A stretch of DNA of 64,000 nt from an uncultured Blautia sp. (GTDB taxonomy: Bacteria > Bacillota > Clostridia > Lachnospirales > Lachnospiraceae). The stretch lies in assembly GCA_900539145.1 (NCBI GenBank), contig UQAX01000009.1, positions 8,035-72,034 on the forward strand. Direction: 5' to 3'. The translations under genes were made by a program, and so were the position numbers. The first letter of the stretch is position 1. Each line of letters starts with the position of its first letter. The notes below the pieces were generated by a model, which was not told where the DNA came from, did no database searches, and worked only from the letters and a program-made list of their open reading frames with translations. Positions 39,586-49,346 of the stretch are shown one piece after another.

Positions 39586-40811
39586 AAAATCAAAGAAACG
39601 ACAGGATAAGGATTTTGCGAAAGCTGCTATTGGGGGGACTGCTCTTTTTACTGGGGTGGTCGGCAATTACCGGAATGGAGTATCATTCCTATAAAGAAAA
39701 ACTGGCATTGGCAGCTCAAATGACGAGAGAAGAAACAGACGGACAAACGCCTTTTGCAATTTTAAAAGGTGAGCCTGTTGATATAAATGTAAAAGAATTT
39801 CAGAAGCAATACGGCTATGAAAGACTGGAAAGTAATATTTATGGCAAAGAGTATCAGCAGAAAAGAATTTTCACAGGAATAATTTTGTCTCTGTGCTATC
39901 TTGTATATGCAGGAGCTGTTTTGCAGGAATATAAGTGCTCAAAGAGAGAAATGCAGGAAAGACAATGGAAAATAGCAGAGGCAGTGGAAGATATTGATAA
40001 AGGAAAAGGGCTTTTAAATTTAGAAATCAGTAATCCTGCCTACGAGGCATTGGAGAGATTGGACAGCCATACGCAGAGTGTTTTGCGAAAGGCGCAGGAT
40101 GAAAAAGAGAAGACAAAGGAAATGGTAACGGATATTTCCCATCAGTTAAAAACACCTATTGCTGCTTTAAAATCCTGTTTTGAGGTGCTGGAAAGCGAAA
40201 CACTCACCCAGAAGGAACGCAGAGAATTTGAAAAGCGTATGGAGAAGCAGCTTCAAAATTTGGAGCAGCTTTCAGCAGTACTGGTTAATATTTCCAGAAT
40301 GGAAGCAGGGCTGATTGATATTTCCTTAAAAAACGGAAAGATTTTCGAAACCATTTTAGCAGCAGTGAACGGAATATGGGAAAAGGCAGATGCAAAGGCA
40401 ATAGAAATTGAGATGGACGTTTTTGAGGAAATTGAAAATCTGGAAATCATGCACGACAGTAAGTGGTTGAAAGAAGCAATTTTAAACATTCTGGAAAATG
40501 CGGTGAAATATAGCGAGCCAAACACGAAGATTATAATTGCTGTTAAGAAATGGGTGAATTTTTTAAGAATAGAGATTGCAGATGAGGGAATAGGTATTCC
40601 GAAAAAAGAATATCATAAAATCTTTCAGAGATTTTACAGAAGCGAGAACGAATATGTGCAAAAGGAAGAAGGAAGTGGTGTCGGACTTTACCTTACCAGA
40701 AAAATTGTGGATGCACATAAGGGAATGGCTTTTGTGGAAAGAAAAGAGAAAAAACAGCAGGGAAGTGTATTTGTGATACAGCTTCCGTATGAAAGTCTTA
40801 CGAAAATGTAA
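39558..40811 (+). CDS. sensor histidine kinase
   Basis: 417 aa with two transmembrane helices flanking an ~65-aa extracellular loop. HisKA H-box ISHQLKTPIAALKS and HATPase_c N/G boxes are present. It overlaps the response-regulator stop. Confidence 0.8.
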   Translation: MEQGMYQEIENQRNDRIRILRKLLLGGLLFLLGWSAITGMEYHSYKEKLALAAQMTREETDGQTPFAILKGEPVDINVKEFQKQYGYERLESNIYGKEYQQKRIFTGIILSLCYLVYAGAVLQEYKCSKREMQERQWKIAEAVEDIDKGKGLLNLEISNPAYEALERLDSHTQSVLRKAQDEKEKTKEMVTDISHQLKTPIAALKSCFEVLESETLTQKERREFEKRMEKQLQNLEQLSAVLVNISRMEAGLIDISLKNGKIFETILAAVNGIWEKADAKAIEIEMDVFEEIENLEIMHDSKWLKEAILNILENAVKYSEPNTKIIIAVKKWVNFLRIEIADEGIGIPKKEYHKIFQRFYRSENEYVQKEEGSGVGLYLTRKIVDAHKGMAFVERKEKKQQGSVFVIQLPYESLTKM

Positions 40812-40849
40812 GACTTTTTTTATGAATTGAAAGAATGATGAAAGAGTGA

Positions 40850-41497
40850 TGTTTTATACTTTCTATATCATCAAAAAGAAAGGGCGATAGAGTATGGGGA
40901 ATTACAGAAGATACTTATAAAAATCTTGGATTTGCTGATGCAGAGGAAAACATCGGAACAATCTGGGTAGATTGCAAGAAATCAGAGAGTAAAAATGTAG
41001 AAGCCGCCATAAAAGAGCTTTTGGAAAACAAAGACCATTATGAATTAAGCAGCTTTGAAGGGGAAGTGGAGTCTCTCGACTCAATGATGGCAATGATGAA
41101 AACTATGGGTTACAGCTTCCTGCTGTTAATCGGAATGATTACTTTTATGAATATGGCAAATACCATGATTTTAAATGTTATTACAAGAAAGAGAGAGCTG
41201 GGTGTATTACAGGCAGTGGGAATGACAAATCAGCAGTTAAACAAGATGCTGAGAAATGAAGGTCTGCTGTTTACACTGGGAAGCATAGTGATTTCTCTGG
41301 TTGTGGGAATTCCTGCGGGATACGGACTTTTCCTGTATGGTAAGAAAGCAGGATTAACAGGATTTGACGTTTATCACTTCCCGGGTGTGGAAATTTTAGT
41401 CATGATTTTTGTCTTGGCAGTTCTTCAGATTGGATTATCCTTTATGCTCAGCAGAAACGTGAAAAAAGAGTCACTGATTGACAGAATTCGATATTAA
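40850..41497 (+). pseudogene. truncated FtsX/MacB-type ABC transporter permease (C-terminal ~215 aa only)
   Basis: The frame opens right after a stop at 40847-40849. It encodes the end of the extracellular domain plus the last three transmembrane helices of a FtsX permease (…NVITRKRELGVLQAVGMTNQQLNKMLRNEGL…). There is no N-terminal half, no start with a ribosome-binding site and no ATPase partner. It follows a response-regulator/histidine-kinase pair, as in Bce-type modules. Confidence 0.55.
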
Positions 41498-42385
41498 ATT
41501 ACTCTGGAATTTTGCAGAAGTACGGAAGTCAGAAGGTGTACAGTGTTTATAGTGCTTAAATTGACGTACAAAATAACTGATGTTTTCGTATCCATTATTG
41601 AGTGCAACTTCCGTAATAGGTGCAGGAGTTTTTAAAAGCTGAGCAGCAGCTTGATTAATACGATATTCGTTTAAGTAGGCAAAAGGTGTTTTGCCTACTT
41701 TTTCTTTGAAAAATTTGCAGAAATAATTTTTATTCAGAGGAATACATTCTGCAAGAGCTTCCAGTGTTACAGGCTCCATATAATGCTTTTCTATATAGGA
41801 AAACACAGATTTTAAAGAATGATTTTCAAAATCTTTTTCAGATTCATGCTTTTGGGCAGAAGAAAAGGCGTGTTCCTGAAATAGAATTTCCAATATCTGC
41901 AAGAGTATAATTTTTATGGAAAGTGCAGTATTGGCAGAGGTGTCTTCTAAATAGAGCCTGGCCGCTTTTGATATCAAAGAACCAATTTGCAGGCTGATTT
42001 CCAAAGAGAGAGAACTTCCTTCAGGAAACAGCAGCTTTTTTGACAGTAAAGGAGTAAGAAGCTCATTTTGACAAATATCATATTGAGAAAAACTTAAAAA
42101 TGACATGGGAAATAAAAGAGCATAATGGTGGGAAACTTCACTATGACCGAAAATCCCATGAACCATACCGGGATTGATAAAATATACATTTCCCTCTGTT
42201 AAAAGCTGGGAGTTGGTTTCTGTGCGAAGCATCAGGCTTCCTTTAGTAATATATATAAATTCTGTTTCTTCGTGCCAGTGGTAAGGGGCGAAGTATTGTC
42301 CGCAAAAATCTTCTTGAGACAGAGCCTGGAAAGGAAAGTAAGGTGTTCCGTGTGGATTTTCTTCCTGAATGTTAATTTTATACAT
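41471..42385 (-). CDS. AraC family transcriptional regulator (cupin + HTH)
   Basis: About 305 aa with an N-terminal cupin sugar-binding domain and a C-terminal AraC helix-turn-helix (…YFVRQFKHYKHCTPSDFR). It is divergent from the GH13 gene. I chose the start at MYKINIQ. Confidence 0.75.
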   Translation of the reverse strand: MYKINIQEENPHGTPYFPFQALSQEDFCGQYFAPYHWHEETEFIYITKGSLMLRTETNSQLLTEGNVYFINPGMVHGIFGHSEVSHHYALLFPMSFLSFSQYDICQNELLTPLLSKKLLFPEGSSLSLEISLQIGSLISKAARLYLEDTSANTALSIKIILLQILEILFQEHAFSSAQKHESEKDFENHSLKSVFSYIEKHYMEPVTLEALAECIPLNKNYFCKFFKEKVGKTPFAYLNEYRINQAAAQLLKTPAPITEVALNNGYENISYFVRQFKHYKHCTPSDFRTSAKFQSNLISNSVNQ

Positions 42386-42519
42386 AATAATTTCGCCCTT
42401 TCTTGTAATTACGTAAATAAAAGTGAATATAGTACAAATAAAGAGTAACATATTGCAAGATTTTAAGAAAGAGTTTTTTTATACTGAAAGTAACGAAAAA
42501 GAACTGTGAGGTACATATT

Positions 42520-44184
42520 ATGAATAAAACATGGTGGAAAAATAGTGTAATTTATCAAATTTATCCAAGGAGTTTTGCAGATAGCAATGGAGACGGAATT
42601 GGAGATATTAAGGGAATTACTCAACATCTCGATTATTTAAAGGAACTGGGCGTAGATGTCATTTGGCTGTCTCCTGTTTATCAGTCTCCTAATGATGATA
42701 ATGGATATGATATTTCCGATTATCAGGCAATTATGGAAGATTTTGGAACAATGGAAGATTTTGATGAAATGCTTTCAGAGATGCATAAAAGAGGAATAAA
42801 GCTGGTTATGGATTTGGTAGTGAACCATACTTCTGATGAACACCCATGGTTTGTAGAAAGCAGAAAGTCAAAGGATAATCCTTATCGTGATTACTACATC
42901 TGGAAAGAAGGAAAAAACGGGAAAGAGCCAAATAACTGGGGAGCATGTTTTGGCGGTTCTGCATGGGAATATGATAAGGAAACAGAAATGTACTATTTAC
43001 ATTGCTTTTCTAAGAAACAGCCTGATTTAAACTGGGAAAATGAAAAAGTCAGAAAAGAAGTTTTTGATATGATGACATGGTGGTGTGAGAAAGGTGTAGA
43101 TGGATTTCGTATGGACGTTATCAGCATGATTTCTAAAGATCCTGCCTATCCTGACGGAGTTTCTCATAATGGCTTATATGGTGATTTTGGCCCTTTTGTC
43201 TGCAATGGTCCTCATGTCCATGAGTATTTAAAGGAAATGAACCAAAAAGTGCTTTCCAAGTATGATTTGATTACGGTTGGTGAAGCGTCTGGCGTTACTG
43301 TAGAAGAAGCAAAAAAATATGCTAATTTAGACGGAACTGAGCTAAACATGGTATTCCAGTTTGAACATACAGACATTACATCTGGAAAGAATGGAAAATG
43401 GACAGACGAGAGATTTAAACTCAGAGATTTGAGAAAAATATTGAATAAATGGCAGACAGAGTTGGAGGGAAAAGCATGGAACAGTCTTTATTGGGATAAC
43501 CACGACCAGCCAAGAGCTGTGTCTCGCTTTGGAAATGACGGACCAATGTATCGTGAACTTTCAGCTAAAATGCTGGCAACCTGTCTTCATTTGATGAAAG
43601 GAACACCTTATATTTATCAGGGTGAAGAAATTGGTATGACAAATGCTTATTTTAATAAACTGGAAGATTACCGTGACATCGAAAGTATTCATGCTTTTGA
43701 AGAGATGACAGAAAATGGTCTTCTTACAGAGGAAGAAATGATGAGCGCTTTAAAGGCAGTCAGCCGTGATAATGCCAGAACTCCTATGCAGTGGGACGAT
43801 AGTGAAAATGCAGGATTTACCACAGGCACCCCATGGATTAAAGTAAATCCTAATTATTTACAGATTAATGCAAAGGCGGCTTTGGAAGATAAAGACAGCG
43901 TGTTCTATTATTATCAGAAATTAATACAGATGCGTAAGGAATATGAAATTATTGTGGACGGTATTTTTGAAGGTCTTCTGGAAGACGATGAAAATATTTA
44001 CGCATACCGGAGAAAACTGGGAAATCAGACTTTAATTGTAGCTTGTAATTTCAGCGATAAAAAAGTACCGTGTACTTTGTTTGAGGGAGCAGCAGGCGGT
44101 AAAGAAATGATTGCCAATTACAAAAATCATGAGACAGGAATATTGAAACCTTACGAAGCAAGAGTTGTACTGATAGAAAATTAA
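42520..44184 (+). CDS. GH13 oligo-1,6-glucosidase / alpha-glucosidase
   Basis: 554 aa with the GH13 conserved regions (DLVVNHTSDEHPWF, GFRMDVI, EASG…, YWDNHDQPR). Confidence 0.85.
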   Translation: MNKTWWKNSVIYQIYPRSFADSNGDGIGDIKGITQHLDYLKELGVDVIWLSPVYQSPNDDNGYDISDYQAIMEDFGTMEDFDEMLSEMHKRGIKLVMDLVVNHTSDEHPWFVESRKSKDNPYRDYYIWKEGKNGKEPNNWGACFGGSAWEYDKETEMYYLHCFSKKQPDLNWENEKVRKEVFDMMTWWCEKGVDGFRMDVISMISKDPAYPDGVSHNGLYGDFGPFVCNGPHVHEYLKEMNQKVLSKYDLITVGEASGVTVEEAKKYANLDGTELNMVFQFEHTDITSGKNGKWTDERFKLRDLRKILNKWQTELEGKAWNSLYWDNHDQPRAVSRFGNDGPMYRELSAKMLATCLHLMKGTPYIYQGEEIGMTNAYFNKLEDYRDIESIHAFEEMTENGLLTEEEMMSALKAVSRDNARTPMQWDDSENAGFTTGTPWIKVNPNYLQINAKAALEDKDSVFYYYQKLIQMRKEYEIIVDGIFEGLLEDDENIYAYRRKLGNQTLIVACNFSDKKVPCTLFEGAAGGKEMIANYKNHETGILKPYEARVVLIEN

Positions 44185-44210
44185 AAAATAACTTCTGCAT
44201 GAGATAAATG

Positions 44211-44266
44211 AGGTTGTCGCATTAAATATTTTGGAATAATGTTTAAAGCGACAGCCTTGTTGTTTT
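44211..44266 (+). terminator. terminator hairpin of the TGTCGCATTAA family (no insert)
   Basis: ggttgtcgc ATTAAATATTTTGGAATAATGTTTAAA gcgacagcc followed by ttgttgtttttt. It shares the TGTCGCATTAA stem start with the sites at 13875 and 48820. Confidence 0.65.
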
Positions 44267-44377
44267 TTGGGGGATTTTATTTTCGCTCTTTACTGCCAAA
44301 CTAACATTTTTGCAACATTAGCCATTAGGGCTGTGCAAACGGAAGAGAAAAGTGTAAGATAAAACCGGGTGATGAAC

Positions 44378-45049
44378 ATGAAAATTTTAATTGTGGAAGA
44401 TGATTTTGTATTGGCAGAGGAAATTTTGCGCCTCTGCCAACGATGGGGCTTTGAGGGAGAGTATCTGGAAGATTTTACAGAGGTAGATAAGCAGTGTGAA
44501 AACAGTCATTGCGATTTGGTTCTTATGGATATCAATTTACCTTTTTATGACGGATTTTACTGGTGTCAGAAGATTAGAAGCATATCAAAAGTTCCCATTT
44601 TGTTTTTATCCAGCCGAGACCAGAACTCTGATAAGGTCATGGCAATGGTTTCCGGCGGAGATGATTATGTGGAAAAGCCTTTTGATGCAGAGATTTTGCT
44701 GGTGAAGATACGTTCTCTTTTAAGAAGAAGCTATGAGTATGTCCAAAGTGACAGAGAATATCTGGAGTCCGAACTTATTTATGACCGTGGACAAGGGATT
44801 TTACTCTATAAAAATGAGCCCATAGAAATGACAAAATCCGAAAACAGAATTATGAGTATTTTAGCAGATTATAAAGGTCAGGTGGTAGACAGAGAAACAT
44901 TGATGCAGGGATTGTGGAATACAGATGAATATGTGACAGATGCCTCTTTGACGGTGTTAATATCCAGACTTCGAAGCAAAATTTGTGCTGCGACAGAGGG
45001 GATTTCCTGTATTCATACCAGAAAAGGGAAAGGGTATTATTTAGAATGA
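44378..45049 (+). CDS. OmpR-family response regulator (BceR-like)
   Basis: About 224 aa with a receiver domain (ILIVEDD…LVLMDINLP…) and a winged-helix output domain. I chose ATG 44378 because GGGTGA lies 5 nt upstream. Confidence 0.85.
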   Translation: MKILIVEDDFVLAEEILRLCQRWGFEGEYLEDFTEVDKQCENSHCDLVLMDINLPFYDGFYWCQKIRSISKVPILFLSSRDQNSDKVMAMVSGGDDYVEKPFDAEILLVKIRSLLRRSYEYVQSDREYLESELIYDRGQGILLYKNEPIEMTKSENRIMSILADYKGQVVDRETLMQGLWNTDEYVTDASLTVLISRLRSKICAATEGISCIHTRKGKGYYLE

Positions 45050-45981
45050 AGAAATATTTAAAAGACCGATTGACGGCATTTCTTATAGGCGTTGGGTTTG
45101 TTGTTTTTCTAAATGTATACCTGACACAGCTCTGTGCCACAGCCCTTTACGGACAGGATGTTTTGTATCTGGATGTGCTGCTTGCAGCCTTTGGTACAAT
45201 TCTTTTGATTGGGGATTACAGCCAATGGAAAAAGAAGAAAAAGCAGGAAGAGGAACAGAAGGAGCTTCTTGCATATACGGATAAAGAGCTTTTGGAGTGT
45301 AAAGAAAAGCTGGAAAATCTGTCCGATTATATTACCAAATGGACACATGAAATAAAGCTTCCCCTTGCTGCTTTGCGCCTTATGAACGGAAGAAATCAGG
45401 AAGCTTCTCTAAAAAAAGAAATGCAGGACTGCATTGTACGCATGGAAAATTTACTTCATACCGTGCTTATGGGAAGCAAGCTGCAAAGACCTGAAAACGA
45501 TGTATGTATGGAGCGGATTTCTCTGGAAGAAGCGGTAAAAGAAGCAGTGAAAAATCAATCTTATTTTCTTATCCAGTATGGCTTTGAAATGATTTTAGAC
45601 GTAAAAGACGTATGGGTATACAGTGATAAAAGGTGGCTGGTTTACCTTTTGGATCAACTGGTAGCTAATGCCATAAAGTACAGAACCGATAATCCAAAGC
45701 TTGTATTTTCCTGTGAAAAGCAGGGAGAAAATCAGGTGTATTTAAGGGTGGAAGATAACGGAATTGGAATTTCAAAGGAGGATTTACTTTACATTTTTGA
45801 TAAAGGATATGTGGGAAAAAATTTGAGAAAAGGGGATTATCATTCAACGGGAATGGGACTTTATTTTGCAGGAAAAATAGGAAAAATGCTGAACCTTTCT
45901 TTAAAAGCAGTACCGACACAAGAAAGAGGAAGCTGTTTTGAACTGGGATTTTGCGATATGGCAGAACATTTTATGATGTAG
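45046..45981 (+). CDS. intramembrane-sensing histidine kinase (BceS-like)
   Basis: 311 aa with two N-terminal transmembrane helices and almost no extracellular loop, followed directly by a HisKA H-box (ITKWTHEIKLPLAAL) and HATPase_c. ATGA overlap with the response regulator. Confidence 0.8.
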   Translation: MKKYLKDRLTAFLIGVGFVVFLNVYLTQLCATALYGQDVLYLDVLLAAFGTILLIGDYSQWKKKKKQEEEQKELLAYTDKELLECKEKLENLSDYITKWTHEIKLPLAALRLMNGRNQEASLKKEMQDCIVRMENLLHTVLMGSKLQRPENDVCMERISLEEAVKEAVKNQSYFLIQYGFEMILDVKDVWVYSDKRWLVYLLDQLVANAIKYRTDNPKLVFSCEKQGENQVYLRVEDNGIGISKEDLLYIFDKGYVGKNLRKGDYHSTGMGLYFAGKIGKMLNLSLKAVPTQERGSCFELGFCDMAEHFMM

Positions 45982-46088
45982 CCGTATGTTACAGAAATGT
46001 TAGATTGGAAAGAAAACTGTTGGATAAATGAAAGGATTTTTTGAAACCTCTTTGCTAAAATAAAGATACAGATTAGGAGGTAAGTATC

Positions 46089-46844
46089 ATGAAAAAAGTT
46101 TTAGAAGTCAGAAATCTTTCCAAGAATTACGGAAAAAAAGGATATGAAACTGCTGTGCTGAAAGACATCAGCATGGACATTTACGAGGGTGATTTTATTG
46201 CCATTATGGGACCAAGTGGGGCAGGAAAAACTACATTTTTAAATATGCTGTCTACCTTAGATAAGCCTTCATCAGGGAAAATTCTTTTAGAAGGGCAGGA
46301 TATTACGGCTTTAAGCAACAAGGAGCTTTCTTTAGTAAGACGAGATAAAATCGGATTTATTTTTCAGGAATATAATCTGCTGGATAATATGACAGTGCAG
46401 GATAACATTGCCCTTCCTCTCTCCTTAAACGGAGCGCCGCAAAGAGAAATTATCAGAAAGGTGCAGGCAAGAGCCGTGGATTTTGGACTGGAGTCTCATT
46501 TAAGAAAGTACCCTTATCAGCTTTCCGGAGGACAAAAGCAAAGAGCTGCCAGCGCCAGAGCGTTGATTACAAAACCACGTATTTTGTTTGCAGATGAACC
46601 TACGGGAGCGCTGGACAGCAAGTCCGGAAAGGATTTATTAGGGTGTCTGAAAAATGCCAATGAGCAGGAAAATGCCACGATTTTAATGGTAACTCACGAC
46701 GGTTATACGGCAAGCTATGCAAAGCAGGTATACTTTTTAAAAGACGGAAAAATTCACAGCCGCCTGACGCAAAAAGACAGCAGAAAAGCATTTTTTGAGG
46801 AAATTATGACGATGCTGGCAGTCATGGGAGGTGAGGGAGAATGA
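46089..46844 (+). CDS. ABC transporter ATP-binding protein (BceA-like)
   Basis: 251 aa with Walker A GPSGAGKTT, the signature LSGGQKQR and Walker B ILFADEPT. AGGAGG ribosome-binding site. Confidence 0.85.
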   Translation: MKKVLEVRNLSKNYGKKGYETAVLKDISMDIYEGDFIAIMGPSGAGKTTFLNMLSTLDKPSSGKILLEGQDITALSNKELSLVRRDKIGFIFQEYNLLDNMTVQDNIALPLSLNGAPQREIIRKVQARAVDFGLESHLRKYPYQLSGGQKQRAASARALITKPRILFADEPTGALDSKSGKDLLGCLKNANEQENATILMVTHDGYTASYAKQVYFLKDGKIHSRLTQKDSRKAFFEEIMTMLAVMGGEGE

Positions 46845-48757
46845 AGCTCTTATCTCTGTCCTTTTCCAACTTTAAACGCAGTGTCAGGGAGTACGGAATG
46901 TTAATTCTTTCCCTTACTTTTTCAATTTTTGTATTTTTTAATTTCCAAAGTGTTATTTATTCTGACTCTATGGATGTTCTGGAAAATTATAATAAAGAGT
47001 ATATTGACATTATTGTTCAGGCTGCATCCGTAGTATTCGGTGTATTTTTATTTTTCTTTATCTGGTATGCTTCCAATGTCTTTCTGAACCAAAGGAAAAA
47101 GGAAATCGGAATTTACATTTTTATGGGGCTGGATAATGTAAGAATAGGAAAAATGTATATGCTGGAGTCGGTATTTATCGGGTTGTTCTCACTGCTTGCA
47201 GGGATTGGAACAGGCGTCTTGTTTTCCAAGCTGTTTCAAATGCTTCTTTTAAAGCTGTCTGACATCAGCGTAGACATTAAGTTCTCTTTTTCATGGGAAG
47301 CGATACTGATTACAGCAGGAATGTTTCTTGTTATTTATGGTCTGATGACCTTAAAAAGCTACCATACTTTAAAGACCAGCAGTGTCTTAAATTTGCTTTC
47401 CGGTGCAAAACAGCAGGAAATGCAGAAAGAAAAGTGGATCATTACATTTCTGAAAATTGCAGGTGGTGTGGGTATTCTGCTTTTTGGATATTATTTGGCG
47501 TGGGATACAGGAGATCTCAATTCTTTAGGAAATGCTTTAGGGGCTGTTGTTCTGGTAATTGTAGGGGTTTACCTTTTGTTTTCCGGTCTTATTCCTGCCA
47601 TACTTCGCAAGCTTTCCGGAAACAAATATTATTTGTATAAGAAAGAGCGTACTTTATGGGTAAATAATCTGGCGTTTCGTATGAAAAAAAATTATAGAAC
47701 GTATGCAATGGTAACGGTGCTGATGATTTGCTCTGTGACTGTCATGGCAATTTCCATAGCAATGAAACAGCGCTATGAAAAGCTTACACATTTTGACCAG
47801 ACTTATACTTATCAGGTATTAAGCAGTGAAGAAAAAAACGGAGAAGAAATTGCCAAGGGAATTGAGCAGGAGAATAAGGTGAAATTCTGGAATGAAATGC
47901 AGGTGGCTATGGTAGAGCCTTCTGTGGTTCACAGCAAATATACTTATACAGCTTATGGATTGGTAGCTTTTTCAGATGTGAAACAAGCGGCGAAGAAAGC
48001 GGGACTTCCTTTTGCTTATAAAGAGCTGAAGGACAATCAGGCAATCGAGCTTTCTCATGAAGTCCTGATGGATATATCAGGTGGTGCGATTGAAAACTAC
48101 GAGCAAAAAATCGGAAGTGAAACGTATGACGTGATAAAAGCAGATAATACGCCTTATTTCGGAGCACTGCAAAACGATACGAAGATTTTTATTCTCAGTG
48201 ATAAAACCTTTGAAAGCCTGAAAAATTTAGGAAGCATTACATATTTTTACAATTATAGAATTGAGAATATGAAAAATATGGAGGCGTCCAAATCATATCT
48301 GAATACACTGGCACAAAGCAGTGAGGACGGACAGGCATTTACAGGCGTAAATTATACACAGATAGACGGAAGGCAGGACAGTTGGATAAGAGTCATGTAT
48401 TCCCTTTGCATCTTTATGTTTGTAACCCTTGTACTGGCAGCAGGAAGTATTATCTTTTTGAAAATCGGCAATGAGGTATATGAGGATAAAGAACGATACA
48501 AAATTTTAGAGAAAATGGGAATTCAAAAGAAAAGCCTGAGAAAATCTGTACGAAATGAAATTTGTTTTACTTACTATTGCCCTTTTGTTCTTATGATGAT
48601 TACCTCCTATTTTTCTGTAAAAGCGCTGGGAAATGTTATGAGAGAGGATTTGCTCATGGTGAACATCTGGAGTATGGGAATTATTCTTTTGGTATTTACA
48701 GTGATTTGTGCAATATCTGTTTATACGGCAAAGAAAAAGTTGTCCTTACTTTCATAA
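46841..48757 (+). CDS. ABC transporter permease, FtsX family, 10-TM with large extracellular domain (BceB-like)
   Basis: 638 aa. ATGA overlap with the ATPase gene. The transmembrane topology and extracellular loop are typical of BceB-type permeases. Confidence 0.8.
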   Translation: MKLLSLSFSNFKRSVREYGMLILSLTFSIFVFFNFQSVIYSDSMDVLENYNKEYIDIIVQAASVVFGVFLFFFIWYASNVFLNQRKKEIGIYIFMGLDNVRIGKMYMLESVFIGLFSLLAGIGTGVLFSKLFQMLLLKLSDISVDIKFSFSWEAILITAGMFLVIYGLMTLKSYHTLKTSSVLNLLSGAKQQEMQKEKWIITFLKIAGGVGILLFGYYLAWDTGDLNSLGNALGAVVLVIVGVYLLFSGLIPAILRKLSGNKYYLYKKERTLWVNNLAFRMKKNYRTYAMVTVLMICSVTVMAISIAMKQRYEKLTHFDQTYTYQVLSSEEKNGEEIAKGIEQENKVKFWNEMQVAMVEPSVVHSKYTYTAYGLVAFSDVKQAAKKAGLPFAYKELKDNQAIELSHEVLMDISGGAIENYEQKIGSETYDVIKADNTPYFGALQNDTKIFILSDKTFESLKNLGSITYFYNYRIENMKNMEASKSYLNTLAQSSEDGQAFTGVNYTQIDGRQDSWIRVMYSLCIFMFVTLVLAAGSIIFLKIGNEVYEDKERYKILEKMGIQKKSLRKSVRNEICFTYYCPFVLMMITSYFSVKALGNVMREDLLMVNIWSMGIILLVFTVICAISVYTAKKKLSLLS

Positions 48758-48819
48758 AAAATAAGAAAATTGTTGACAAATAAAGTATAATATGATATAA
48801 AGTTATCCATAACTAACTG

Positions 48820-48880
48820 GAGGGCTGTCGCATTAAGTGCATAATTCAAATGCTGTTTAATACGACAGCCTCTTTTTCTG
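48820..48880 (+). terminator. terminator hairpin of the TGTCGCATTAAGTGCAT family (no insert)
   Basis: gagggctgtcg CATTAAGTGCATAATTCAAATGCTGTTTAATA cgacagcctc followed by tttttctg. The loop begins with the same CATTAAGTGCAT as the stem arm of the 13875 element. Confidence 0.7.
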
Positions 48881-48924
48881 AAATAAAGTAAGTCTAAACT
48901 AACTAATAATATGCGGAGGAAATC

Positions 48925-49329
48925 ATGGGAAAAACAAAACGTGGATTGTGGATAGGAATTGCATTTTTAATGATGGGGGCAGGAGCTGTGGGCGTTGTTT
49001 TGCCGATTTTACCAACAGTTTCCTTTTTAATGGCAGCCTTGTATTGTTTTGCAAGAGGCTCGCAAAAACTGGAAAACTGGTTTCGACAGACTTCTCTTTA
49101 TCAAAAGCATTTAGAGCCTTTTATGGATAAAAAAGAGATGACAAGAAAAGCCAAGCTTACCGTCATGCTTTCTATGACGTTTTTCATGGGAATTGGCTTT
49201 GTCATGATGGAGCAGGTACCTGTTGGAAGAATAATTTTGGCAGCGGTGTGGCTGTTTCATATTCTTTATTTTACTTTGGGAATAAAGACGGTAAAGAAAA
49301 CCTGTGTAGCAGGGGAAAACTTTAATTAG
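48925..49329 (+). CDS. YbaN family inner-membrane protein (DUF454)
   Basis: 134 aa with the N-terminal motif VLPILPTVSFLMAALYCFARGS. GGAGGA ribosome-binding site. Confidence 0.7.
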   Translation: MGKTKRGLWIGIAFLMMGAGAVGVVLPILPTVSFLMAALYCFARGSQKLENWFRQTSLYQKHLEPFMDKKEMTRKAKLTVMLSMTFFMGIGFVMMEQVPVGRIILAAVWLFHILYFTLGIKTVKKTCVAGENFN

Positions 49330-49346
49330 GGAAAAGAGGAGAGAAG

